A program made the position numbers and the translations under genes. The notes beneath the pieces are model-generated. The model made no database searches. It had not been told where the DNA came from and saw only the letters and a program-made list of their open reading frames with translations. A stretch of DNA of 64,000 nt from Bacteroidota bacterium (lineage in GTDB: Bacteria; Bacteroidota; Bacteroidia; NS11-12g; UBA955), in NCBI GenBank assembly GCA_027488835.1, contig JAIYAW010000004.1:71271-135270 (forward strand), given 5' to 3'. This document shows positions 30,001 through 38,785 of the stretch, in pieces (within the stretch, counting starts at the first letter, position 1; every line of letters begins with the position of its first letter).

Positions 30001-30961
30001 GACTGGTATTGGTAGACGAACATGTACTTGTACTCGCATTATTATTTGAAACTGTTGCTCCTGATAATGCAAACACATCAATAAAATATGATCCAATTGA
30101 AGGTAATTGATTTACTACCGCTGTTACTGAATTTCCCACTGTAGTGGAAGAACTATTTATAAATCTATAAGTGTCAAATGTGTTAGAGGTAGGATCAGCA
30201 ACTTGCGTGATTAAAATGTCTGGTTCTCCATCTCCGATTTTACTTGCATCGATAGATGTAACATTAAATTCTAAGTCAGCATCAAAATTAGCGATACCCG
30301 TACCTATGTTTAATCCATTTGTTCCATCAATAAGAACGTCTTTGATGGTTTTATTGGGGTTATTACAAATGCTGCTACCATCGGCAAGGGTGGCATATAC
30401 GATAACAGATTTTGTATTGCTTCCAGAAATATTATTTACAGGGAGTGATTGCCATTTTGAATTGGTAAATGAAACAGAATTACTTGTTAAAGTCGAATTT
30501 GATACACCAGTGGCGTATGTTGTACCATTGTATTCAAAAGCCAATAAATTATGCGAGTTATTTGGAAAAGTGGAATTTAAGTTTGTTGAAGAAGATGACC
30601 AATATCCATTAAAGTCGGTGATTAATCGAGTTACTGGTAACAGTAAAACAAATCCTGTTGCTGTTGCATTCGAATGGCCAGTTTTAGAAATAACAATACT
30701 GCCTGAATTGGCCCCTGTTGGTATGGTTACGGTAATTGATGTAGCTGAAACTACTGTGTAACTAATTGCGGTAGTTCCACCAATTGTTACTCCGGTAATG
30801 TTTGAAAAATTTGATCCATTAATTGTTAAGGTTTGCCCAATCAATGCGCTGGTTGGAGCAAAACTGCTTATTGAATGCTGTTGCGCCTGTAAATTCACAC
30901 ATCCCAATAAGAAAAAAATGAGTGCTAATTTCAGAGAATATAGATACAGTTTAATGCGCAT
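27056..30961 (-). CDS. Large T9SS-secreted surface protein (IPT/TIG + Ig-like domains + C-terminal sorting domain)
   Basis: Signal peptide, ISSFAPTS..GQTLTINGSNF (IPT), TTQP..TYQWKRNG..DAGAY (Ig), Ser/Thr-rich, CTD IHPNP...IYNNVGQ...GNYIV...KIIIN. Confidence 0.9.
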   Translation of the reverse strand: MRIKLYLYSLKLALIFFLLGCVNLQAQQHSISSFAPTSALIGQTLTINGSNFSNITGVTIGGTTAISYTVVSATSITVTIPTGANSGSIVISKTGHSNATATGFVLLLPVTRLITDFNGYWSSSSTNLNSTFPNNSHNLLAFEYNGTTYATGVSNSTLTSNSVSFTNSKWQSLPVNNISGSNTKSVIVYATLADGSSICNNPNKTIKDVLIDGTNGLNIGTGIANFDADLEFNVTSIDASKIGDGEPDILITQVADPTSNTFDTYRFINSSSTTVGNSVTAVVNQLPSIGSYFIDVFALSGATVSNNNASTSTCSSTNTSRPIRLLALDLADFGITSSNATNVSKLIITPGGTADYGFIAYNNASFTIPAPKVTTQPTSKITCTGTGTTATFSVSASSTGTTTYQWKRNGTSISGATSSSLTISNVSASDAGAYTVEITNSSGSILSDPAYLNSSISVQPENKSTCINVATTLSITAEGNSPTYQWYSNTINSLSGATSISGANSNNYNPVISSVGTKFYFCEINVSGSSSSCSTAITSNIVSVEVDPSSVGGTITGGATVCAGTNSTTLTLTGKTGLVSKWQSSATSNFASPVDISSTATSITRTNLMSNTYYRAVVTSGSCTSTNSSNALITVNNTYTWVGTNSTSFNTSTNWQLGCIPLSGSDITFTSSPIDKCVLGSNVNLGNISISGTSTKDVLDLNGYSLTIQGNLTLTGKNINAENINSSLIFAGSTAQNLPSNNFTNKTISNLTINNSAGVSLLDTTKIKGILTLTAGRLTTNDYLIFKSDNAYSAVVDKVNYSNAISGKVTIEKYFPSKRAFRLICPSVTTTNSIKSNWQEGVNNSNYTNYPTNNINPNPGFGTHITGSTTGANGFDATPTGNPSLYTYDNSSQTWNAIGNTNNNTLSAGTPYRLMIRGNRLTNINQADNAPTPSNTILRTFGTLSTGNISISGLKNSANANNFIGNPYQCPVDMNVLLSASTNLNKTYYYVWDPFLNTRGGYVTVDVTKNTNAQNSSANKYLQAGQSCFVLTSSAPSATPTFTFTENSKFTGDITSKNFFTIPNSDENYIKIDLHSIDSNFLTDATIINFNDVYSNEITDEDARKPINLDENIAISRSGTKLSVECKKQPLTTEEHSIYIDKYRSTRYKLTLDIKGLNSSTIYLKDRYKNTLTKLNANKLNDYSFEINKSEVASSDTARFKIIIANEIFLGNTINYNKKTSPFIIHPNPVKNNSLDFSNYSNFNSVTIEIYNNVGQLLFKSNTISLEKANQILLPPSIPTGNYIVNFRTESASYFDKIIIN

Positions 30962-31032
30962 TTTTGAAGGGGAGAAGAAACAATTTCTCTCTTCAAATTT
31001 ATCTCAAAAAAACCAATTAAACAACCAGTGCA

Positions 31033-32736
31033 TCAAACATTACTCACGATTATATCCTCAACTTTCGTAAGCATCAGTATATCAATTGAATTCTGAAATT
31101 CTGGGTCTATATTTATTCCTATACAAACGGCGTTTTGCTCAATATAACGTCTAAAAAGAATGGGTAATTTATTGCCATCGGGCTCTACACACTCAACAAT
31201 ACGATCTAATCTTTTGAAATCCAAATTCGCTGGATTGTTCAACCAATCTGAAACCAATTTGTTTGGTTGCTTTTTGTAAGGGAAATAAGCATTGAAATGT
31301 TTCAGAAGGTCTTTATTGCTGTGGTTTTTCAAAATATACCCAGTAATGAGTGTTTTGGTAAATGAGTGATATGTGTTGGGCAAACTGGTTTGTCCTAATA
31401 CGAATTTTATTTCGTTTGAACTTTGAATATATTTTGTAATTCCCTGCCACAATAGAAATAATGGGAAAGCTTTTTGCTGATATTCTTCTCGCACAAATGC
31501 CCTACCCAAAATCAAAGATTGACCTAGTACCTTTTCAATTTCATTGTTTTTTTGGTAATAATCATACATGATTGAGTGGTAATTTTTGTCTTTGTGCAAT
31601 TTGGTTCCATCCCCGAGTCTATATGCACCAACAATTTCTTTTTCTTCATCATCCCACAAAATCAGATGTGCAAACTGTTCATCATATTTGTCGAGATCTC
31701 TTTCTTTTCCCGAGCCTTCATTAACGGATCTGAATGTAATTTCTCTTAAACGACCAATCTCTAAAATTAACTCAGGTGATTCTGTGTATGAAGTTAAAAA
31801 AACTTTATAATTTCCTTTGGTAACCAAAGGTGAATTAAGCATTGAAATTTCAAATTCAATTTGTTGCTTATTTCTTTTTTCAGCAATGTTTAATAATGTT
31901 GTTTTTTTAGGTAGTTTAAATGGATTTTTGGTTTTATTTACCAAAGAAATACTCATTAATTTAACCTTTGTTTCCAAATCATTTAGTAGGGCTTCATTGC
32001 CATTAATTCGGCAAGATTTTCCAATGAAAGAATAAATAGGTCGGCGGCGTTTTTTTAGTCCCTCTCGAGGGTAAAGCGCAGTTTTGAAGGCTGGGTGGAT
32101 TTTACCCAATTGATAAAATAAGGCACTGTTTTTTCCTGCAATCGCCCAGGGTAAAATGGCACCTTTGTGTTTTAATATAATTTTCTTAGCCGTTGGATGC
32201 CAGAATTGTTCTGATATTTCTTTCTTTCTAAAATTATAGTCGGCAACATCTCCTGCCGGGAAAAGAATGATGCAATGTCCCTCATTCAGCCATTGCAAAA
32301 TTGTCCTAATTTGGGTTGAATTTTGAGCCTTAGATTCAGCATTTTCATAAGGATCAACGGGTATTGTAAATGGTTTAATCGGGTCAACTTTATAGGTTAA
32401 TTCATTGGCAACAATTTTAACATCGTTTCTAACTTTGAGCACTTGGTCAAGTATGAGCAATCCGTCGGGTATTCCAGTTGGATGGTTTGCTATGATTAAC
32501 AATGATTCAGTTGGGGGAATTCTATCGAGTTGATTATTCGGAATGATGTGTTTGATTCTCGAGTTTCTTTTGTAGGCTGCTAAAAATTGCTTTGCATTCA
32601 AGCGCTTTACCCTATCGTAAAATTTATTTGCCTTTTTCCAACCGAGAATTTTGGAAATGATATTAAATGAAAAATCATTTGTTAACACAGTTTTATTAAC
32701 AATTTTAACAATTTCCCTCTTTTCAATAAATGCCAT
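31033..32736 (-). CDS. PlsC-type acyltransferase + GNAT fusion (OlsF-like aminolipid synthase / 'putative hemolysin')
   Basis: N-domain ANHPTGIPD (HxxxxD) and FPAG; C-domain IGRLREITFR, DLDKYD, GAYRLG, LGRAFV, LLWQGI. Confidence 0.82.
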   Translation of the reverse strand: MAFIEKREIVKIVNKTVLTNDFSFNIISKILGWKKANKFYDRVKRLNAKQFLAAYKRNSRIKHIIPNNQLDRIPPTESLLIIANHPTGIPDGLLILDQVLKVRNDVKIVANELTYKVDPIKPFTIPVDPYENAESKAQNSTQIRTILQWLNEGHCIILFPAGDVADYNFRKKEISEQFWHPTAKKIILKHKGAILPWAIAGKNSALFYQLGKIHPAFKTALYPREGLKKRRRPIYSFIGKSCRINGNEALLNDLETKVKLMSISLVNKTKNPFKLPKKTTLLNIAEKRNKQQIEFEISMLNSPLVTKGNYKVFLTSYTESPELILEIGRLREITFRSVNEGSGKERDLDKYDEQFAHLILWDDEEKEIVGAYRLGDGTKLHKDKNYHSIMYDYYQKNNEIEKVLGQSLILGRAFVREEYQQKAFPLFLLWQGITKYIQSSNEIKFVLGQTSLPNTYHSFTKTLITGYILKNHSNKDLLKHFNAYFPYKKQPNKLVSDWLNNPANLDFKRLDRIVECVEPDGNKLPILFRRYIEQNAVCIGINIDPEFQNSIDILMLTKVEDIIVSNV

Positions 32737-32898
32737 GTTGTAAAATAACTACGTGATTGTTAGCCCAATTAGGCTTTTTGATTAATTTATTGTTAAATGT
32801 AGGAAATTAGTTAACAATTTGTTTGTATTGCTCGATTTATTAAGAAGTAACGTATTTTGATAAAAAATTTTTTCATAGTATCTTTCCCAAACTTTTTT

Positions 32899-35850
32899 AT
32901 GATGAAAAAACTACTTTTCTTATCCCTATTTTTTCTAACCATTTATTTCTCAAACGCTCAAACAGCAAGAGAAGTTGCTGTTGAAACTTACGCAGAAGCA
33001 AAATCTGGAGGTGGCGTTTATATAAAATGGATTCCAGATAATACAGCTGTTAAATATTATGTTTATAAACGACTTGGTCCTCGAACGGATTGGTTGTTGC
33101 TAGATTCTGTGAGTGGTACAGTGAATACTTATTTAGATAATGGATTATTAGCGGGTAAAGTTGCTGAGTATCGTGTTTCAAAAAGCAAAACATCTTTCTC
33201 TTTTTATGCAAATGGTTATATTTTAGCCGGATTTGAAGTTGCACCTAAATTAAATTTGGGAAAGGTTTTAATGGTAATAGATTCAAATTATTCTGTTCCC
33301 TTAAAATCTAAAATTACTGAATACATAGATCAATTAACCCGTGAAGGTTATACTGTGGTTTCAAAAGTAGTTTTGAGAACCGAAAAAGTGAGTACCATCA
33401 AATCATGGATTTCTAATCAATGGCAATCAGATTCAAACAATATTAAATCTATCTTTTTACTGGGTCATGTTCCAGTTCCTTACAGCGGAAATTACAGACC
33501 AGATGGTCATACCGAGCATACTGGAGCTTGGCCTGCAGATTTATACTATGGTAATTTTTACTCAAATTGGTCCGATAATTTGGTAAATAATACCCAAGCC
33601 ACAAGAAGTGAGAATCAGAATATTCCTTCAGATGGTAAATTTGATATTAGTAGGGTAAATCCAGTGGGAACCGCATTCTCAGCCATCCAACGTTGTCAAA
33701 TTCCAGTTGGTCGAGTTGATCTTTTTGGGATGCCATCCTTTGGTAATGATACCTTCCTTATTAATCGTTATTTAAATAAAGCACTCAATTTTAGAAGGGG
33801 TATTTATAAAGCATCTCCGAGAGGATTAATTGATGATAATTTTGGATATTTTAGCAGTGAGGCCTTTGCTTCAGGTGGATTTAGGAATTTTTCTGTTCAA
33901 TTTAAAGATTCAGTTTTTGAACGCGATTACAGATCTAACATGGCTAAAAATTCTTATTTAATGAGTTATGGTTGTGGTGCGGGAACATATACTTCTTGTG
34001 ATCAAGTTGCATCTTCTTCAACTTTTACAACTGACAGTTTATTAAATCCTTTCACAATGACCTTTGGAAGTTATTATGGAGATTGGGATAATTCAGATAA
34101 CTTTTTACGTGCACCTCTGGCAAGTAAAGGTTGGGGATTGGCAAGTGTATGGTCTGGAAGACCCTATTGGATGTTGCATGAATGTGCCCTTGGATTGCCT
34201 TTGGGTCAGGCAACTTTAACTTCTGTGAACTCATATTATTATTATAATGCCGCAGGATTTCAAAGTGGAGTACATACTGCATTGATGGGTGATCCAACAC
34301 TTACTCTTTATCCTTTGGCTGCATTAAGCAACACTAAGGCCATTGCAAAATGTACCGATAAAGTTAGATTTAGATGGGATTTACATGCATCAAACATTGA
34401 TTCAGTAGTTATTGAAGAATTTTTAGGGGGATCTTGGAAAACGTTGGTGAAAACTGTTGGCTCAGACACTGATTTAACATACCGTGTACCGGCGGGATAT
34501 CACAAATTTTCAATTCGCCCATTAAAATTAATGAAAAGTGCTTCTGGCAGTTGGTGGCAATATGGAGCCCGTCAATATACTGAACTCAGTGTAAATATTA
34601 AAGCAGTGGCGTTGGCAATAACATCAACTCAAACCGCTTGTTCCACTGATTCTGTGATAGTTGCCGAATTAAAATTTGGTCCCAATCCAAAGTACTTGCG
34701 TTCTTGGTATGTGAACGGAATAATCATCCCAGATACAGCTGTGTCTTTTAAAAGGACCTATCCAGCTGGAAATGTTGCTGTTTTAATGAAACTAACCACT
34801 GATTCAGGTTGTGTTCATAACGACAGTGTGAAATTTGTAATCAAATACACGCCAACTGCAAAAGCTGCAATATTTAGTGCTAAAAATCTTTGCATGAATC
34901 AAAAATTTATCGCCAAAACGGTATCTAATGGTACCCAAATTTGGACCCTTGGGAAAGATACAATTTCAAAAAATGATTCTGTAAAATATTCAGCAACAGC
35001 TACAGGCAAGTACATTTTAAAACATAAAGTAATTGATGTAAATGGTTGCTTTGATGTTTCACAAGATACATTTGTATTTAACGCATTGCCAAATGTGAAT
35101 TTCACCTCAAATCCGGATACAACCATTTGTACAGGAGGGAAATATACTATGACAGCAAATGACACAACAAATAGCCTGGTATGGAATTGTAAACGAATAG
35201 GTGCCGGGTCTGATATTGTTTTTAAAGATCAGAAGTCCGTTGAAGTTTTCTCGAATATTTCTTCTGTTACATTGGTTGCGACAAGTAACTTTGGTTGTTT
35301 AGACTCTTCGCTTCAATTTGTTGATTTTTATAAAAAACCTCAGTTGCCAACAATTTCTATTGTGAAAACTGCAACTTATCCAGGTGATACAATATCTGTT
35401 AAGGTTACACCAAATGCAACTCATCCAAAACCAAATGCTGTGCTTTGGACAAAACCTTTGAATTCAAGTGATTCAATATTGAAATTTAGGGTTGCAGATA
35501 CTGGAACTTTGAACTTTATGGTGTATTTTGTTTCTGATCGCGGATGTATTTCCGATACAGCCTATTACGATCAATATTTTGGTCTTAGTGCATCTATGAA
35601 TTTGAACGTTCAAAAAATCATGGCCTATCCAAATCCCAATAGAGGCAAATTTACCTTGCAGGTAAACGCTGAAGTGGAAAGTGTAAATGTATTTGATTTG
35701 AAGGGACAGAAAATAGAGTCAATTTGGAAGGAAAGTACTTTTAAAAATCAATTAGAAATTGAGATGAAAGATACTCGAAATGGTATTTATCTCATTCATG
35801 GCAAATATAAAAACGGAGTTAAGTTCGTTTCCAAATTTGAAATATTATAA
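32899..35850 (+). CDS. T9SS-secreted protein with FN3 and peptidase C25 (gingipain)-like domain
   Basis: Signal peptide, FN3-like start, IFLLGHVPVP / ADLYY / IPVGRVD / LMGDPTL motifs, PKD-like GC repeats, CTD AYPNP...FDLKGQ...GIYLI. Confidence 0.78.
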   Translation: MMKKLLFLSLFFLTIYFSNAQTAREVAVETYAEAKSGGGVYIKWIPDNTAVKYYVYKRLGPRTDWLLLDSVSGTVNTYLDNGLLAGKVAEYRVSKSKTSFSFYANGYILAGFEVAPKLNLGKVLMVIDSNYSVPLKSKITEYIDQLTREGYTVVSKVVLRTEKVSTIKSWISNQWQSDSNNIKSIFLLGHVPVPYSGNYRPDGHTEHTGAWPADLYYGNFYSNWSDNLVNNTQATRSENQNIPSDGKFDISRVNPVGTAFSAIQRCQIPVGRVDLFGMPSFGNDTFLINRYLNKALNFRRGIYKASPRGLIDDNFGYFSSEAFASGGFRNFSVQFKDSVFERDYRSNMAKNSYLMSYGCGAGTYTSCDQVASSSTFTTDSLLNPFTMTFGSYYGDWDNSDNFLRAPLASKGWGLASVWSGRPYWMLHECALGLPLGQATLTSVNSYYYYNAAGFQSGVHTALMGDPTLTLYPLAALSNTKAIAKCTDKVRFRWDLHASNIDSVVIEEFLGGSWKTLVKTVGSDTDLTYRVPAGYHKFSIRPLKLMKSASGSWWQYGARQYTELSVNIKAVALAITSTQTACSTDSVIVAELKFGPNPKYLRSWYVNGIIIPDTAVSFKRTYPAGNVAVLMKLTTDSGCVHNDSVKFVIKYTPTAKAAIFSAKNLCMNQKFIAKTVSNGTQIWTLGKDTISKNDSVKYSATATGKYILKHKVIDVNGCFDVSQDTFVFNALPNVNFTSNPDTTICTGGKYTMTANDTTNSLVWNCKRIGAGSDIVFKDQKSVEVFSNISSVTLVATSNFGCLDSSLQFVDFYKKPQLPTISIVKTATYPGDTISVKVTPNATHPKPNAVLWTKPLNSSDSILKFRVADTGTLNFMVYFVSDRGCISDTAYYDQYFGLSASMNLNVQKIMAYPNPNRGKFTLQVNAEVESVNVFDLKGQKIESIWKESTFKNQLEIEMKDTRNGIYLIHGKYKNGVKFVSKFEIL

Positions 35851-36235
35851 ATTCATATTGATCTGTTTTGTTTGCTGGGGTTCAAGTAATTTGAGCGCCC
35901 AACAACTAAAGAATAGTTCGGGATCTATTGTTGGGTTTATAGAAGGTGGGAGGGTGAAAACCAAATCAGGATCTACTTGGGGATATATTGAAGACGGGAG
36001 GGTTAAAAATAGTTCAGGGAGTATTATTGGTTATTTTGATGATGAGAGAATCAAGAATAGATCGGGTTCAATAATTGGATATTTTGATGGCAATAGGGCT
36101 AAGAATAGTTCAGGGAGCGTCATTGGTTATGTTGATGATGGTAGGGTGAAAAATAGATCCGGATCAATCATTGGTTACTATAATTCCGTTCGAAAAATAG
36201 AAGTTGCACTTTTCTTTTTCTATTTTTTTTATTGA
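35837..36235 (+). CDS. Secreted tandem-repeat protein (beta-flower-like repeat)
   Basis: Signal peptide from TTG 35837; about 6 copies of a 16-aa unit KN[SR]SGSIIGY[FIV]DDGRV; hydrophobic C-tail ALFFFYFFY. Confidence 0.75.
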   Translation: MKYYKFILICFVCWGSSNLSAQQLKNSSGSIVGFIEGGRVKTKSGSTWGYIEDGRVKNSSGSIIGYFDDERIKNRSGSIIGYFDGNRAKNSSGSVIGYVDDGRVKNRSGSIIGYYNSVRKIEVALFFFYFFY

Positions 36236-36252
36236 TTCAAATTATTGAACAC

Positions 36253-36268
36253 TGTGACAATAATCACT
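36253..36268. promoter_or_regulatory. CRP/FNR-family box upstream of the porin gene
   Basis: TGTGA-CAATAA-TCACT, upstream of a TAATTTTG -7 box at 36290-36297. Confidence 0.65.
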
Positions 36269-36302
36269 GAAAGTAAATTTGATTGTCAATAATTTTGAAC
36301 CC

Positions 36303-37901
36303 GTGAAAAATATCTTTTCAATATTCATATTCATTATTGGAACGCAATTGTTCGGGGGAGTTGATAACCCTGTCAATGGAGATTCAATGAAAAATCCTTC
36401 CAGAGTTGATTTGATATTGACTAAAACGTTTTATGAAAAATCACATAAAATAGAGTTCCAATCTCGGTATTTTTTCATGAATACAAACAATTACGATGTT
36501 GCATCTACTGATTTTTACGCCAACGGACTGAATAATTCATTATCTTATAAATCTGCAAATTTGTTGTATTTATTAAAGAAACTAAAAGAAAATCCACCGC
36601 CAATTTCAAGTTTAACATTGAATGTTGAATTTTCTCATTTGTCTAATCTAGGTTCTTCAAATTTTAGCAGTAACAATAGGTATGAAATTGGATTGTTTGA
36701 TATAAAACAACCGTCTTTGAAAAGTATGGGGCAAATTACCGATTTGAATGTAACAGGCAAATTCAAAAAAATCGAGTTTCAACTTGGAAGGTTTATACCA
36801 CAAAACCCATTCATTAATGCCCAAGATGGACGCTTACGGCCAACTTATATTCAAGGGGCTAAATTGGCATATGGCTATGAATTTTTGCCTTTACGTTTGA
36901 ATTTAATTGCCAATTTGGGTATTGCCAATCAATTTTTAGTGAGAGGTTCAAATCAATGGAGTTCGATAAATCAGAGTGTAGGTATTTACCCCGTGGGTGT
37001 GAATACGGTTGGGAAAGCTGTGAATTATTTGAATGCAGCAAATTCAAACAATTTATTATTTTTTCCATCACTTCATATCGTAAAGTCAAACGAAACTTAT
37101 TTAGGCACAATTGCAACGCTTGTCGATAGTATAAAATTATCAAGAGCAACAGTAAATTCATTGAATTATAATTTGGTTTATTTGAATTCATTATTTACCA
37201 CCCATTTGGTTGAATTGAAAGGATCAATGCAGGTAAATAGAAAAATACACCGATTTAGAGGGCCGTATGGTCTCTTTTATACAAAATCTACCGCTTTTTC
37301 ATATGGGTTTATGTGGATTCATCAGAATTCAAATGCTCCCATTTCAGAGTTAAATTATATTGATAATCAAGCTACTTCAAACGTATTTAGTTCAATGATT
37401 TCATTAAGAAAACATGACTTATCTTGGGATTATCAAATAACTGCAGCGGCCACGAGAATTACAAAAGATGGACGCTATTTGATGCCCCGAGAATGGGGGA
37501 GAGATCCCTTTTACACGTTTATGCCTAGAGAAAGAAATGAGGGGTTTGGGGATTTAACCGCGCTCACATTAGAAGCGAAAATAGAACGTAGTTTTTTTCC
37601 AAACTTTATAAATTTAAAGCGTTTGTCATTCACTTTGGGTTTTGGGAATTATCAGTTGCCTGATGTGAAAGATTATTTTTTCAATAAATATGGAATGCCT
37701 TCCTATCAGCAATTGAATACAATCCTTAATTTTCAATTTGCTCAAAATAAAAACCCACACAATTTATCCATTCAACTTTGGTATGTTCAAAAATTTAATG
37801 CCGGTAATTCATACAATCAAATAAAATACGAGTTAAATAAAGTGAACATGTCGCAGATTAATATTGTCTTAAATTATTATTTTACAATAACTTATAAATA
37901 A
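36303..37901 (+). CDS. Outer-membrane beta-barrel porin-like protein of the sulfur cluster
   Basis: Signal peptide from GTG 36303; amphipathic beta-strands; motifs PFINAQDGRLRPT and GRYLMPREWGRDPFYTFMPRERNEG; aromatic C-terminus. Confidence 0.7.
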   Translation: MKNIFSIFIFIIGTQLFGGVDNPVNGDSMKNPSRVDLILTKTFYEKSHKIEFQSRYFFMNTNNYDVASTDFYANGLNNSLSYKSANLLYLLKKLKENPPPISSLTLNVEFSHLSNLGSSNFSSNNRYEIGLFDIKQPSLKSMGQITDLNVTGKFKKIEFQLGRFIPQNPFINAQDGRLRPTYIQGAKLAYGYEFLPLRLNLIANLGIANQFLVRGSNQWSSINQSVGIYPVGVNTVGKAVNYLNAANSNNLLFFPSLHIVKSNETYLGTIATLVDSIKLSRATVNSLNYNLVYLNSLFTTHLVELKGSMQVNRKIHRFRGPYGLFYTKSTAFSYGFMWIHQNSNAPISELNYIDNQATSNVFSSMISLRKHDLSWDYQITAAATRITKDGRYLMPREWGRDPFYTFMPRERNEGFGDLTALTLEAKIERSFFPNFINLKRLSFTLGFGNYQLPDVKDYFFNKYGMPSYQQLNTILNFQFAQNKNPHNLSIQLWYVQKFNAGNSYNQIKYELNKVNMSQINIVLNYYFTITYK

Positions 37902-37912
37902 TTTTAATGTAT

Positions 37913-37928
37913 TGTGACAAAAATCACA
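37913..37928. promoter_or_regulatory. CRP/FNR-family box upstream of the tauE-tsdA operon
   Basis: Perfect TGTGA-N6-TCACA (TGTGACAAAAATCACA), 49 nt before the tauE ATG. Confidence 0.75.
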
Positions 37929-37977
37929 GTATAATTGATTTTGTTTAATCACCTTTGTAATTAATTAAAAGATCTTA

Positions 37978-38772
37978 ATGGAAATAGCAGGATATATTGG
38001 CGCAATTTTAACGGGACTTATCCTTGGGATCATTGGAGGCGGAGGTTCTATTTTAACCGTTCCAATTTTGGTTTATTTATTTCAACTAGATGCCGTTTTG
38101 GCAACTGCTTACTCTTTGTTTATTGTTGGTTTAACCAGTATGGTAGGTTCTGTAAGCCATTTTAAATTGGGGAACATTCATTGGAAAACTGCCCTTGCAT
38201 TTGGTATTCCGAGTATTTGCAGTGTTTTCTTTACACGATTGGTTATTGTTCCACATATTCCGAATCCTATGTTTGCCATTGGTTCTTTGGTGGTTTCGAA
38301 GCAAATGGGTCTATTGGTGCTGTTTGCAATTATCATGATTTTGGCGTCATATAGTATGATAAAACCTGCTAAAAAGAAAACAGAAACTCTTGAAAATGAT
38401 TTTAAATTTAGCTTTCCGTTAATTTTTTCGGAGGGACTTATTGAAGGATTTATTACAGGCTTAGTGGGCGTTGGAGGTGGGTTTTTAATCATTCCCGTGT
38501 TGGTTTTGTCAGCAAAATTACCCATGAAGAAAGCAGTTGGTACTTCTTTAATGATTATTGCAGCTAAATCTTTGATTGGTTTTATTGGCGATATGAAAAG
38601 TAGCAAAGTGATTGACTGGGAATTTTTATTGATTTATAGTTCGCTTGCCATTGCTGGTATCTTGTTGGGTTCAATATTGTCTAAGAAAATTTCCGGGGAA
38701 AAATTAAAACCAGCGTTTGGGTGGTTTGTTTTAATGATGGGTATTTATATAATTTTGAAAGAATTGTTGTAA
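37978..38772 (+). CDS. Sulfite exporter TauE/SafE family
   Basis: GIIGGGGSILTVP and GLVGVGGGFLIIP repeats, AVGTSL, about 8 TM helices. Confidence 0.92.
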   Translation: MEIAGYIGAILTGLILGIIGGGGSILTVPILVYLFQLDAVLATAYSLFIVGLTSMVGSVSHFKLGNIHWKTALAFGIPSICSVFFTRLVIVPHIPNPMFAIGSLVVSKQMGLLVLFAIIMILASYSMIKPAKKKTETLENDFKFSFPLIFSEGLIEGFITGLVGVGGGFLIIPVLVLSAKLPMKKAVGTSLMIIAAKSLIGFIGDMKSSKVIDWEFLLIYSSLAIAGILLGSILSKKISGEKLKPAFGWFVLMMGIYIILKELL

Positions 38773-38785
38773 ATTTAGTTTCGCT

